Source of the DNA: Oscillospiraceae bacterium
GTDB lineage: Bacteria > Bacillota > Clostridia > Oscillospirales > CAG-272
Length of the DNA stretch: 64,000 bases
Assembly (NCBI GenBank): GCA_015064735.1
Contig: SVRP01000009.1
Location: forward strand, 8,474 to 72,473
Reading direction: 5' to 3'
How positions within the stretch are numbered: position 1 is the first letter of the stretch; every line of letters begins with the position of its first letter. Under the pieces are notes generated by a model. It was not told the DNA's origin. It saw only the letters and a list, made by a program, of their open reading frames with translations, and ran no database searches. Made by a program: the position numbers and the translations under genes. Shown here one piece after another: positions 1 to 10,900 of this stretch.

Positions 1-1111
1 CTATTTCAGGACACTTGTCGCTGTCATCGGGAGAATAAAAGCTTTCCTTATTGCCGTCCGTAACCGTGTTGGCAGAACATTGTATATCTCTTTCACTGCT
101 TGCGGTTACCGTTGCGTCCTTAGCGAGGTCATATTCAAAGGCTTTGTCAAGCAGTTTTCTGAATTCCATGGCAGCCGCCACATCGTTTTCGTGTATCAAG
201 CCACGTCTGTCAGGCGGAAAGTTGAGAAGAAAATGACAGTTTTTGCCCACAGAATTAAACCAAAGATTTACGATGTTTGCGGGAGAACGCACCTCATCGT
301 CTTCTTCCGCATCGTATCCCCACGCGGGTCTTATGGAGACGTCAACCTCAGCGGGAATGAAGCACTCACCATTCGGGTCGCCGGAATTAAGCTCGGCGCA
401 TATCTCGTTTTCCAGAGAAGAACGATTGACCGTTGCAAAGCACGGATCGCCCGCAAAGCCCTTTTCGTTACCGACCCAGCGAACGTCAACGTAAGGCGCA
501 GCTTCGCGAGCGCCGAAAATAACCGCATTGGGTTGATACTTGCGAACGATATTCGCCCATCGCTCCCAATCGCAGGACACGTCTTTCATGCCGTTTCCGT
601 CCCACCAGCACTCGCATATTTCGCCATAATTGCTCATAAGCTCGGTAAGCTGTTCGGCAAAATAATCGTTGTAAGCCTCGCTTCCAAAGGACGGAGCGGT
701 CAGGTCCAACGGAGACAGGTATATACCTGCCTTTATACCAAATTCACGGCAAGCATCGGTAAATTCGCGAACGACATCCCCGTTTCCGTTCTTGTAGGGG
801 GAATTTTTAATAGAATTTTCGGTAGTTTTCGTCGGCCACAGACAAAAGCCTTCGTGGTGCTTAGCAGTAATTATTGCCGATTTGAAGCCCGCTTCTTTAA
901 ACATGCGCGCCCACTGACGGCAATCAAGCTCAGTCGGATTAAAGAAGCGATATGCCTCCTTGTCTCGGCCATGGTCCGACACAAACGTATAAACACCGAG
1001 GTGAACGAACGCCGACATCTCTCGTTCATACCAATCAAGCTGACGTGCCGTTGGTATCGCTTTCTCGGGGTAGAGTCCAAGAAGGCACGCTTTTTCCGTG
1101 ATTGATTTCAT
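1..1111 (-). CDS. alpha-L-fucosidase, GH29 family (partial, runs off left edge)
   Basis: Not in ORF track. Manual reverse translation from ATG at 1111 (GGAGG RBS at 1121-1125) gives MKSITEK...PTARQLDWYEREMSAFVHLG...FNPTELDCRQW...ITAKHHEGFCLWPT...YLSP...WWDG, typical GH29 motifs. Confidence 0.88.
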   Translation of the reverse strand, partial: MKSITEKACLLGLYPEKAIPTARQLDWYEREMSAFVHLGVYTFVSDHGRDKEAYRFFNPTELDCRQWARMFKEAGFKSAIITAKHHEGFCLWPTKTTENSIKNSPYKNGNGDVVREFTDACREFGIKAGIYLSPLDLTAPSFGSEAYNDYFAEQLTELMSNYGEICECWWDGNGMKDVSCDWERWANIVRKYQPNAVIFGAREAAPYVDVRWVGNEKGFAGDPCFATVNRSSLENEICAELNSGDPNGECFIPAEVDVSIRPAWGYDAEEDDEVRSPANIVNLWFNSVGKNCHFLLNFPPDRRGLIHENDVAAAMEFRKLLDKAFEYDLAKDATVTASSERDIQCSANTVTDGNKESFYSPDDSDKCPEI

Positions 1112-1188
1112 ACTTAAAATCCTCCATATTATTAAATTTATAAGATTATGGGAATTACCATATTCTTTTCATTCGAGCATTTGGCTAC

Positions 1189-2100
1189 TTATATTATCAA
1201 GGCTACACAAGCAACCGCAACCGCGATATAGGCAAACACGCCTAACCGTTCCCTGAATATCAGAGATCCAACCAATCCTACGATTATTCCCAGAGCCGAT
1301 GATATAGGTGAATAAATAGACACATCCATACGCGCGACGATCAATACGCTTACCAGCGACGATATGTTTGAGCATACGGTATTTCCGCCAATTGAGATAA
1401 GACGCTTTGGACGCAATAATTCAACGGATGCTCTGAATTCTCCTCTCTTACGCAAGCATACCGCCGCGAAAACTATCAAGGCGGCAATCAGTAAAATTAC
1501 GTTGGTAAAAAAGAAAAAGGAATTTTCGTCAGTTACTTCTTTCGAGATTGAAAAAGCTTTAAGCACCACTGTATTCAGACATCCGCAGGCAGTAATAACG
1601 GCTATTATCACCGCCAATGAAAAAATATTTCCTTTTTTTCTTTCTGTGGGTGATGCAATGGCGGTCTCCTTATTTTTTTGGTCAAATAACACGCATACAA
1701 TGGCAAAGACCATGATAACGAGTCGAATCACGTTTAATACTTCTACCTTCTCGGAGAAAAATATCCACCCCACGGCGGCAGTACAAACCATACTGCAAGA
1801 GCTCGATACTACGTTCACGTTTGAAATACTTGCATATCTGTAGACAACGAAGCCCGCTATGATGGATACCGCGACTATCGCCGCGTATGCAATCGAATAT
1901 AAGAGCGTAACGGTATTTACGTCTATTTTGAATCCTCCGGATATTGCGAAAAATAAGCATGCAACAAGGCTGTTTACAATAAGAACAAGCGAATATTTTG
2001 CTACGGAGTTTTCGCTTAACATATTACTGCATAGCTTGGAAAAAACCTTTGATCCGATTCCGGTAGCCGCAATAATCAGAAACAATACGGGAATACTCAT
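1189..2100 (-). CDS. EamA/DMT-family membrane transporter
   Basis: 303 aa, about 10 hydrophobic segments in two halves, 'WIFFSEK' and 'LIFRERL' EamA-type motifs. Confidence 0.7.
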   Translation of the reverse strand: MSIPVLFLIIAATGIGSKVFSKLCSNMLSENSVAKYSLVLIVNSLVACLFFAISGGFKIDVNTVTLLYSIAYAAIVAVSIIAGFVVYRYASISNVNVVSSSCSMVCTAAVGWIFFSEKVEVLNVIRLVIMVFAIVCVLFDQKNKETAIASPTERKKGNIFSLAVIIAVITACGCLNTVVLKAFSISKEVTDENSFFFFTNVILLIAALIVFAAVCLRKRGEFRASVELLRPKRLISIGGNTVCSNISSLVSVLIVARMDVSIYSPISSALGIIVGLVGSLIFRERLGVFAYIAVAVACVALII

Positions 2101-2212
2101 TTTCTAATTCTAATCCTTTTCTGTCTTTTAAAAAATTATATCAAACCCCCTTTACTATTACAAGTCATTTGTGATATAATTAATGGACATATTTTAGCGA
2201 GGTTTTAAAATT

Positions 2213-3010
2213 ATGAAAAAAGAAGATATCATGAAGGACAAGGTTGATAAATTTTTATTTTCTTCAGTCAGGCACACAGACGTAGAATGTGTAACTCATA
2301 TTCACGTAACCATGGAGATCGTTCTCGTTACGTCGGGAGAGCTTAACATGACAATAAACGGCAAAGAATATGTCATACCGGCGGGTTACGGCACATTTAT
2401 ACCACCGTTTGAACCTCATATGTTTCACTCAAAAAAGGTTAACGAATGCCACGTTCTGATGTTTGCGGGCGAGATAGCCGATTATTTTTCAAATTTTACC
2501 CAAACCCATTTATTTACCAGACATATTTTCCCTATCTCCCATGCATCCCTTGATCTCGTAAACAGGATTTTGCCTAACGAAACAAACACAGTTGACTGGA
2601 TAAGCGCAATTGCGGTAATTGCTCCTCTTTCTTATGATATTATTTGCGGCTGTGATTTTGAAGAAAGAAAATACCCCTTTGATGAAAACGCATATAGAAT
2701 ATTGGAATACGTCAACGAGAATTTTCGTGAGAATCTGACATTGGATACCGTTGCTCATGCCGTGGGTGTTCATCCCGTAACGGTTAGCAAAATATTCACA
2801 AGACACACAGGATACGGATTCTCCTATTACCTGCAATATACCCGGTGCGCATATGCCGCAAAACTTATCAACGTAAAATCCATGACGCTTTCTGAGATCG
2901 TTTACGAATCGGGCTTTGGTTGTATTCGCAGCTTTAACCGAGCCTTCCTTAACGTGTACGGTATCACTCCTACTGAATATAAAAGGCAAATACTGCATAT
3001 CCAAAATTGA
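2213..3010 (+). CDS. AraC-family transcriptional regulator
   Basis: N-terminal cupin (HIH..EI), C-terminal double HTH 'ESGFGCIRSFNRAF..YGITPTEY'; start may be 2231. Confidence 0.9.
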   Translation: MKKEDIMKDKVDKFLFSSVRHTDVECVTHIHVTMEIVLVTSGELNMTINGKEYVIPAGYGTFIPPFEPHMFHSKKVNECHVLMFAGEIADYFSNFTQTHLFTRHIFPISHASLDLVNRILPNETNTVDWISAIAVIAPLSYDIICGCDFEERKYPFDENAYRILEYVNENFRENLTLDTVAHAVGVHPVTVSKIFTRHTGYGFSYYLQYTRCAYAAKLINVKSMTLSEIVYESGFGCIRSFNRAFLNVYGITPTEYKRQILHIQN

Positions 3011-3199
3011 CTCCTTGCAAAATCGATCCTTATTTGCTGATTTTTCACTTTTTTGCTATTTATTTTTCTCTTTTTGCTATATAATCGCAAAGCTTAACTA
3101 CGACACAAAAAGTTTATATAAACTTCACAAATTATTCACTAAGTTCTGCTATACTGACGCTTGTAGACATAGCCAAATATTTTAAAGGAGTTACATACT

Positions 3200-4351
3200 A
3201 TGGCATTAACGTACATAATCAACGGTAAAATAGTACTTCCCGACTCTGTCGTGCGCGGAAAGTTTCTCGCGTTTGACGACGACAGCGGAAAGATATGCGG
3301 CATCGTGGACGAGCTTCCCGACGGTGCAAAAACCATTGATGCGGCAGGCAATTACGTTGCGCCCGGTCTCGTTGATATTCACATCCACGGATATCTCGGA
3401 GAGGACACCTGCGACGCAAAGCCCGAAGGAATCAAGAAAATGGCTTACGGTGTAGCGCAGAACGGTGTTACCTCTTTTCTTCCCACTACTATGACAGTCT
3501 CCAAGGACGAGATAGTAGCAGCTCTTGATGCTGTGCGCTCTCTCAAGGAAGAAAGCAAGAGCTGGGACGGCGCCGAGATAATCGGTGTTCACGCAGAGGG
3601 ACCCTTTATCAATCCCTCAAAAAAGGGTGCTCAAGCTGAGGAAAACATCCTCGCTCCCGATGCGGATTTTATAATTGAAAATTCGGATATTATCACATCG
3701 GTTACGCTTGCTCCCGAAATGGACGAGGGTCATAAGTGCATAAAGAAGCTGGCGGCAGAGTCAAATATTCTCGTATCCATGGGACATACCGACGCAAAAT
3801 TTGAGGAAGCCATGAGCGCGGCAAAGGACGGTGTAAATCACGCGACCCACCTCTTTAACGCAATGTCAGCATTGGCGCACAGAAATCCCGGCGTTGTCGG
3901 CGCGGCGCTTGCATCCGATAACGTATCCGTTGAGGTAATTGCCGACACCTTCCATATAAATCCCGGTCTTTACTCCATAATTGCCAAGGTCAAGGGAGAT
4001 AAGATGGTACTTATAACCGACTGTACCCGCGCGGGAGGCATGCCCGACGGAGAATACGATCTTGGCGGACAGCCCATATTCCTTAAGGGAATCGAGTGCC
4101 GACTTGCCGACGGTACCATTGCGGGAAGCGTTCTTAAGCTCAACTCTGCCGTAAAGAACGTTCTCGATCACACAGATCTTCCCGTATACGAGGTATTCAA
4201 AATGGCATCTCTCAACCCCGCAACCGCTATTCATTGCGACGATCGCATCGGTTCTCTTGATGCGGGCAAGGATGCGGATATCATTATTACCGACGAAAAC
4301 ATAAATATTATGAGAACTATCAAGAAAGGAAGAACAATTTATGAAGCTTAA
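3200..4351 (+). CDS. nagA: N-acetylglucosamine-6-phosphate deacetylase
   Basis: PGLVDIHIHG, HAEGPF, TLAPE, GHT, THLFNAM, LITD, IAGS motifs; AAGGAG RBS. Confidence 0.95.
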   Translation: MALTYIINGKIVLPDSVVRGKFLAFDDDSGKICGIVDELPDGAKTIDAAGNYVAPGLVDIHIHGYLGEDTCDAKPEGIKKMAYGVAQNGVTSFLPTTMTVSKDEIVAALDAVRSLKEESKSWDGAEIIGVHAEGPFINPSKKGAQAEENILAPDADFIIENSDIITSVTLAPEMDEGHKCIKKLAAESNILVSMGHTDAKFEEAMSAAKDGVNHATHLFNAMSALAHRNPGVVGAALASDNVSVEVIADTFHINPGLYSIIAKVKGDKMVLITDCTRAGGMPDGEYDLGGQPIFLKGIECRLADGTIAGSVLKLNSAVKNVLDHTDLPVYEVFKMASLNPATAIHCDDRIGSLDAGKDADIIITDENINIMRTIKKGRTIYEA

Positions 4352-5726
4352 GGTTAATGCGCCTCTCGATCCCGGCTTTATGCCCATGGCGGTCGTATTC
4401 CGCGATTTTGAAGCAGCCGTTGCGGCTGAGGGCGGTGAGAAGCTCACTATCGGACTTGAGAGAAACGACGGTCTCGTTTCGGTATTCACCGTTGACGTAT
4501 TTAAGGACGGCACGGGACACGATGAGGAGAACCACGAGTTCGTTGAAAGAATCGTTAAGACTCTCCTTTGGGTCCGCGGCGGTTACAAAATAATTATCGC
4601 CGGCTCCAAGTTAATTGCGGACAGAATAAAGGCCGATTACGCCAAGGACGGAATCCGCGCATTTGATAACGATTTTATGTCCGGTGTATACGAGGCTGAT
4701 TTTGAGGTGGTTCACGTTCCCTTTGAGCAGGCTCCCGTTGCTAACGAGACCGCTGCTCCCGTTGGCCGTCATCTTGACGGATGCCGTATAGGCTTCGATG
4801 CAGGCGGAAGCGACCGAAAGGTAAGCGCGGTGGTAGAAGGTGAGGCTACGTATTCCGAGGAGGTAGTTTGGTTCCCCAAGCTTCAGAACGATCCCAAGTA
4901 TCACTATGACGGAATCATGGAAGCAATGAAAACGGCTGCTTCCAAGATGCCCAGAGTTGACGCTATCGGTGTTTCCACCGCGGGTGTTGTTATCGGCAAC
5001 CGCATTATGACCTCTTCCCTTTTCCTTAAGGTAAAGAACGAAAATCCCGAAGCCTTCGAAAAGGTCGTTAAGAATATCTACACCGATATTGCGAAGGAGC
5101 TTGGAAATATCCCGATAGAGGTCGCTAACGACGGAGACGTTACCGCTCTTGCGGGAGCTATGGATCTCGGCGACACCAACGTTCTCGGTGTTGCTATGGG
5201 AACAAGTGAAGCAGGTGGATACGTTGACGGAAACGGAAACATTACGGGCTGGCTCAACGAGCTTGCATTCGTTCCCGCTGACTACAACAAGAACGCAATG
5301 GTTGACGAGTGGTCGGGCGATTACGGCTGCGGAGTTAAGTATTTCTCCCAGGATTCTGTAATCAAGCTTGCTCCCGCCGCAGGCATTGAGCTTGACGAGA
5401 GCGCATCTCCCGCAGAAAAGCTCAAGGTAGTTCAAGGTCTTATGGCAGAGGGCGACGAGCGCGCCGCAAAGATATACGAAACAATCGGAGCGTACTTCGG
5501 CTACGCTGTTGCTTACTACGCTATATTCTATGATATAAAGCACGTTCTCCTTATGGGTCGCGTATCCTCGGGTGAGGGCGGAAGCATTCTTCACAGAAAC
5601 TCTCAGAAGGTCCTTGCAGAGGAGTTTCCCGAGCTTGCTAAGAAGATCACTATCCATCTTCCCGATGAGAGCAGCCGCCGCGTAGGTCAGTCTATCGCCG
5701 CAGCAAGTCTCCCTAACATCAAGTAA
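4341..5726 (+). CDS. ROK-family protein, probable sugar (GlcNAc?) kinase with N-terminal extension
   Basis: GFDAGGS, GVSTAG, ANDGDV.ALA, GTS..GG motifs; overlaps nagA stop. Confidence 0.75.
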   Translation: MKLKVNAPLDPGFMPMAVVFRDFEAAVAAEGGEKLTIGLERNDGLVSVFTVDVFKDGTGHDEENHEFVERIVKTLLWVRGGYKIIIAGSKLIADRIKADYAKDGIRAFDNDFMSGVYEADFEVVHVPFEQAPVANETAAPVGRHLDGCRIGFDAGGSDRKVSAVVEGEATYSEEVVWFPKLQNDPKYHYDGIMEAMKTAASKMPRVDAIGVSTAGVVIGNRIMTSSLFLKVKNENPEAFEKVVKNIYTDIAKELGNIPIEVANDGDVTALAGAMDLGDTNVLGVAMGTSEAGGYVDGNGNITGWLNELAFVPADYNKNAMVDEWSGDYGCGVKYFSQDSVIKLAPAAGIELDESASPAEKLKVVQGLMAEGDERAAKIYETIGAYFGYAVAYYAIFYDIKHVLLMGRVSSGEGGSILHRNSQKVLAEEFPELAKKITIHLPDESSRRVGQSIAAASLPNIK

Positions 5727-5748
5727 ATAAAAGGCTTAGATACAAACA

Positions 5749-5778
5749 GGCTGTCTCAAATCCACATTTGAGACAGCC
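5749..5778. repeat. palindromic intergenic repeat copy 1, probable bidirectional terminator
   Basis: GGCTGTCTCAAAT-ccac-ATTTGAGACAGCC between convergent genes. Confidence 0.85.
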
Positions 5779-5783
5779 CCTTT

Positions 5784-6287
5784 TTACATCTTTGTGAGTC
5801 CTGTTTTTTCGAAAATCTTAATAAGTATAATTCCGACTGCGATACCCGCCGCGCCCTGAATTGCGTTTGCGGGAATATTTACGAGTGACGGTACGAAGCC
5901 GTAGAGAAAGCCCTCGAACACAAAATAACCCATTACCATGGCGATTTCAGCCAACACCGCGCCTATCAGCTGCGACGGAAGTCTGCCTATCTTCTTATGC
6001 ATAAGCTTGAAGCACACAAAGGCGATCAAAGCCATACAACCCTTTATAATAAAGGTTGCGGGAGCATATATAACGTATCCCGAGAACAGATCTGCAAGCG
6101 CAGAGCCAAGTCCTGCCGCAACGAAGCCGTATCCGGGAGCAAGTATCCAGCCCGCCAGAAGAACGATACAGTCGCCAAGGTTCAGATACCCCTTCATCGG
6201 GGACGGAATTTTAATAATCATGGTTGCAACACAAGCCAATGCCGCAATCAACGCTGTCATAACGATTTTTTTAGTTTTTGAATACAT
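5784..6287 (-). CDS. ECF transporter S component, possibly vitamin B6 (pyridoxine) specific
   Basis: 167 aa hydrophobic, 'GYLNLGD', 'GLGSALADL..GY..YAP.TF.IKG'; divergent from MocR regulator. Confidence 0.8.
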   Translation of the reverse strand: MYSKTKKIVMTALIAALACVATMIIKIPSPMKGYLNLGDCIVLLAGWILAPGYGFVAAGLGSALADLFSGYVIYAPATFIIKGCMALIAFVCFKLMHKKIGRLPSQLIGAVLAEIAMVMGYFVFEGFLYGFVPSLVNIPANAIQGAAGIAVGIILIKIFEKTGLTKM

Positions 6288-6381
6288 TTTTCAAATACCG
6301 CCTTTACTTTCTGTGTTATATAGTATATAATATATCTGACTATATAACAATTACCAATTAAGGAGTATTTTATATAACCAG

Positions 6382-7470
6382 ATGAAATATATTATTGATA
6401 CAAAAAAGCGTCCCGTTTATCTTCAGCTATACAGGCTTATAAGGGACGACATTATAAACGGACTCTATCCGCATAACACTAAGCTCCCCTCCAAACGAAA
6501 TCTTGCCCAGGATTCGGGAGTAAGCACCGTAACGGTGGAGCATGCCTATGCACTGCTCTGCGATGAGGGTTATGCCGAAGCAAGAGAACGGAGCGGATAT
6601 ATTGTTACCTTTCGAAGAAATGACGGATTTGCGGTCTCGGCAAAACCGGCGCTCGCCTATCATGCGTCATATCAGTCTCGACACTCATATCCCGACTTTC
6701 CAATATCGGTTTTAAGCAAGACCATGAGGAAGGTATTAGCCGATCACGGCGATCTTCTTCTCGAAAAATCTCCGAATTCAGGGTGTACCGAGCTTCGGGA
6801 AGCCATTAAGCATTATCTTGCGCGAAACCGCGGAATCTCGGTTGATACCCAACAAATAATTATTGGAGCAGGGTCTGAATATCTTTACGGTCTTATTGTG
6901 GAGCTTCTTGGAAGAAACAGTATTTTTGCCATCGAGTCCCCTTCCTATAAAAAAATTGAGCAGGTATACATGGCTACCGAGATAAAATATGAAGCTCTCC
7001 CCTTGACGCAATCCGGTATTGACAGTGATGCCCTCTCAAAAACCTCAGCCCATATTCTTCACACGACTCCCTACCGAAGCTATCCAAGCGGTGTTACCGC
7101 AACAGCATCAAAGCGGCACGAGTACCTCCGCTGGGCAAGTGAAAATCAGCGTTATATTATTGAAGACGACTTTGAGTCCGAGTTTTCGGTATCAACAAAG
7201 CCTACGGAAACGCTCTTTGCCCTATCGGATAAGGACAACGTTATATATCTCAATACTTTTTCAAAGACGATCTCCCCGTCCTTGCGTATAGGCTATACTG
7301 TGCTGCCCAAGCATCTTGTTTCTGTTTATGAAAAAAAGCTTGGCTTCTATTCCTGCACCGTACCTACATTTATGCAATACGTTCTTACAGAGCTTATAGA
7401 CAACGGAGATTTTGAGCGGCATATCAACCGTGTAAGAAGAAAAATAAGAAAAGAGCTGAATGATAAATAA
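6382..7470 (+). CDS. MocR/PdxR-type GntR regulator with PLP-binding aminotransferase-like domain
   Basis: wHTH 'KLPSKRNLA...S..TVEHAY..L..EGY' plus 'IIEDD', 'TFSKTISPSLRIGY'. Confidence 0.88.
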   Translation: MKYIIDTKKRPVYLQLYRLIRDDIINGLYPHNTKLPSKRNLAQDSGVSTVTVEHAYALLCDEGYAEARERSGYIVTFRRNDGFAVSAKPALAYHASYQSRHSYPDFPISVLSKTMRKVLADHGDLLLEKSPNSGCTELREAIKHYLARNRGISVDTQQIIIGAGSEYLYGLIVELLGRNSIFAIESPSYKKIEQVYMATEIKYEALPLTQSGIDSDALSKTSAHILHTTPYRSYPSGVTATASKRHEYLRWASENQRYIIEDDFESEFSVSTKPTETLFALSDKDNVIYLNTFSKTISPSLRIGYTVLPKHLVSVYEKKLGFYSCTVPTFMQYVLTELIDNGDFERHINRVRRKIRKELNDK

Positions 7471-7473
7471 CAA

Positions 7474-7529
7474 AAAATGCTTGCACTGTGTGTTCTCCGT
7501 TAGGAGCATCACATCGTGCAAGCGCTTTT
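7474..7529. terminator. hairpin between convergent MocR gene and mgsA
   Basis: gcttgcac...gtgcaagc stem with inner ctcc/ggag stem, flanked by A and T runs. Confidence 0.6.
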
Positions 7530-7534
7530 CGTTT

Positions 7535-7924
7535 TTATTCGGCTTTTATTGTAAAGGTTCCGTTTTTCAAGGATTCAAGCATGATAATTGCGCTGCTTGC
7601 GTTAGTTGCAAGAGGTATCTTCTGAACGTCGCAAAGTCGCAGAAGTGCCGAAACATCAGGCTCGTGGGGCTGTGCCGTCAGCGGATCGCGTAAGAAGATT
7701 ATAAGTCCAAGCTCTCCGTTTGCGAGCATTGCTCCTATCTGCTGGTCTCCTCCGAGAGGACCGCTTTTCATTCTATGTATCGGTAATGCGGTCTCGCCCA
7801 TAATAAGCGTTCCCGTGGTTCCCGTTGCGTAAAGCTCATAGTTTGCAAGCACGTCCTTATACTGCTTTGCAAGCTCGATTATTTCGTTTTTCTTCTTATC
7901 ATGTGCAATCAAAGCTATTTTCAT
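7535..7924 (-). CDS. mgsA: methylglyoxal synthase
   Basis: [42 protein letters not shown]; start moved to ATG 7924 (GGAGAGG RBS). Confidence 0.95.
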   Translation of the reverse strand: MKIALIAHDKKKNEIIELAKQYKDVLANYELYATGTTGTLIMGETALPIHRMKSGPLGGDQQIGAMLANGELGLIIFLRDPLTAQPHEPDVSALLRLCDVQKIPLATNASSAIIMLESLKNGTFTIKAE

Positions 7925-7957
7925 TATGTTTTTCTCCTCTCCAATAAAAGCTACCAA

Positions 7958-10900
7958 TTATCCTACGTTAAACGTAAACTGACTCTTTTCACTTGCGTAC
8001 TGATTGCGCGCCACCGAATAGTAGCGTACCGTTACGGTATTTCCGTCCTCGGAGAAATAAAGCATAGCTATAGTTGCGGTACTGCCGAGTTTCGAATCCA
8101 TGTGCTGAGGATTTATAAGGAGCTGAGTAACTGTATTTCCGTTTATGCCCTCTGTTCTTGTACATACGACATTGTCAGTTGGATCGTGTCCTGACAAAAC
8201 GAGAATAATATTTTTATGCTTGGATACAAGCTTATTCCACATATCGTCTCCGTCATTTTCTCCGCCCTGTGATTTGGATGCGGGATATGCATCGTTTCTG
8301 TCAAGAGTGGTTCCGTCGCGGAAGAGGTAACAATGGGTAATGATAATCACGCGGTGGTCGGAATATTTTCTTATAATTCCGTCCGCCCAATTCAAAACAG
8401 CATCGGATGCACCGTAATCGAGGTTAAGAAGCAAATACTTGGTATTTCCTACGGTAAAAGCGTTATACGTGTTTGACATATCTCCGCTCTCGTACGATCC
8501 GTCGATCTGGGCACGGTAAACACTGTCGTTAAAGGTTTTATTAAACAGAGAATTGAAACGAAGGTCGGGGTCGTAGTAATTTTTTCCGTTGACCTTCTTC
8601 CACAACTGAGGCTCTACCTTATCGTGGTTTCCTCTGACTACCGAAAAAGGAATAATCCCGTTAAGCTTATAAAGCTGCTCCTTGGCATAATCCCATTCTG
8701 CGGTATAGCTTTTCTGGGTCATGTCGCCAAGTCCCATTACGTATTTGATCTTGTGCTCATCCTTATTCACTATGAGCCAATTATAAAGCATTTCCAGATA
8801 TTCGGTCTTGTTGTCATACGGATTTGTGTCCTCATCCGAATACTCGTTATCGTAAGGGTCTCCGTTCGTTTTATCCGACAGATAATGGTCGTTGAAATAG
8901 TCCTCGCTGAGCTCCTGAATATCTCCGAGCACCGCAAATGAATAAGCGAAGTTCTCTACGGGAGCTACGTCATTCACATTTTGCCAGAGAATCTCCTTGG
9001 CAAGATGACATCCGTTAGCCGAAAGATCATTGGTACGGATATCGGTCGGGAGAGTAAAATCGTATGCTGCAATGGTATTTTCGTCTGGAACGAAATCCTT
9101 TCGATGCGCATCTTTTCTTATTTCCGATGCCGTGCGTACATCGCTCCAGACAGCCACTTTACTTATCACACCCGTAAAGTAATCTCCGTTACTCCCCATC
9201 CAACTCCCGCCTACGACAAGATTATTTTTCATGCCGTAGCTCTGTATTGGATCATTTTTACTGATATCCGACTGTTTTACCGTTTGCTTAAGCTCACCGT
9301 TCACATAGCAAAGCATCTGCGCCTTTTCTCTGTCGTGAACTATTGCAAGATGGGTCTGCTTATGGGCTCTTACATCGACCTTATCAAAGGTAAAAACGTT
9401 TTTTTTTACCGTTGCGTCAGCCAATCGTTCCCACATGGTTACCTTGGGATGTCCGTCCTCCGCTATCTCATAGGACACCTCTGAATGCCAATAGTCCTTA
9501 TTGCTGAGAAGCATTCCGTAAGAATTATTAACCGAAGGGGTAGCGGGATCGAGCTTCAAGGTCGCCTCAAAGGTCTGAGGCAACTCGGACATTTCCTTTG
9601 TCATGGAATAACGCTCGTTTTCCGAAAAGGTCATTCCCTCATCAACTATACATCCTGCCGTTGAAGCCTTACCGAAGTTCATGAAGAAAACGTTTCCTGT
9701 TTCCTCGGTCTCGGTTATTGTGAGAATAGAGTTTGTCTGATAATAGAGAGCTCCGGAGTGGAAATTACAGGACGACAGCAATGAAACGTACTGTCTCTTG
9801 TAATCCTTTACATAAGAGAACATAAGGTCCTTTGCGTGGATTCCGTGGCTCTTGGTATTGAAATACTTGAACGCAAGGTCCTTTCCTACCTCAAGATTCG
9901 CAAGAGAATCCCATTCGTAGTTACCAGCCTGAATACAAAGGCGGTTCTCGGGGTGCTTATGCTCATTGAAGGTCTTGGTAATAAGAACCTCCATGGTTTC
10001 GGCTATATTAAAGCCGTTTGAATAGTTTGCGCAGTTGAAATTAAAGATAATAGGCTCATCGGGATGATTCAACGTAGAGTTATACATATTCTGTACGTGC
10101 TCAACGTAAGGATTGTAATCGGGATTCCATGCGCTCATATCTCCGGGAAGCGGAGTAAACATAACCTTAAATATCTTATCGGTATCGCTTCCGAGCCAAA
10201 TAAGCTGTTCTTCTTGTGGAATCTCTGCTTCTCTGCCTTCGAATATGAGCTGTGCCTGAGCCGTATTTCTTTCGTTTATGAGATTTCTCATCTCATAAAT
10301 TGCCTCTTGCTTATAGTATTTCGCCATAAGCTTGATATAGTTTACTGTTGCGTTGTAAATCTCGTCGTGCCCCGTAAGGATAACTCCCGACTGAGAGCCA
10401 TTGTTTCCGTTACGGCCAAGATAGTCGATGGCGTCAAGATTGGAGCTTGAAAGGAAAATAGCCTTTTCGTATTCGGTTCCGTCGGTGGCAAGGTAGTGAG
10501 ATACCGTAAGCGACTTAACGTGCATCATGTCGGTTCCGCCCTTGTCCTCAAGAGACCATTCAACGGGACGGAATGTCATAAAATCGGATACCTTTTTGCC
10601 GTCCGCATACTTTGAATAGCAATCCTGCTCAAGACCTGCCTTAAAGTACTCGATATAGGAGGGCTCCTGGAAATTTATAAGAGTGCCCTCTGCGTTATAC
10701 TGCTTTACCTTATAGGAATTGAGCTGACCTACGATGGTTACGTCAATTCCGAGCTTTGCCGCTTCTACGAGCATAAAGGATATTCTTACAAATCCGTTAT
10801 TGTCGTAATCGTTGCCTTCACCGTAAAGGGAGCGCATATATCCGTAATAGCGGCTCTGCGGAAGAACGCATACGGCTATTGTAGGAGAGGTTCTGTAGGA

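Noticed and set aside
80-1105. 341-aa plus-strand ORF
   Set aside because: Antisense shadow of the minus-strand GH29 gene, which has the RBS and family motifs.
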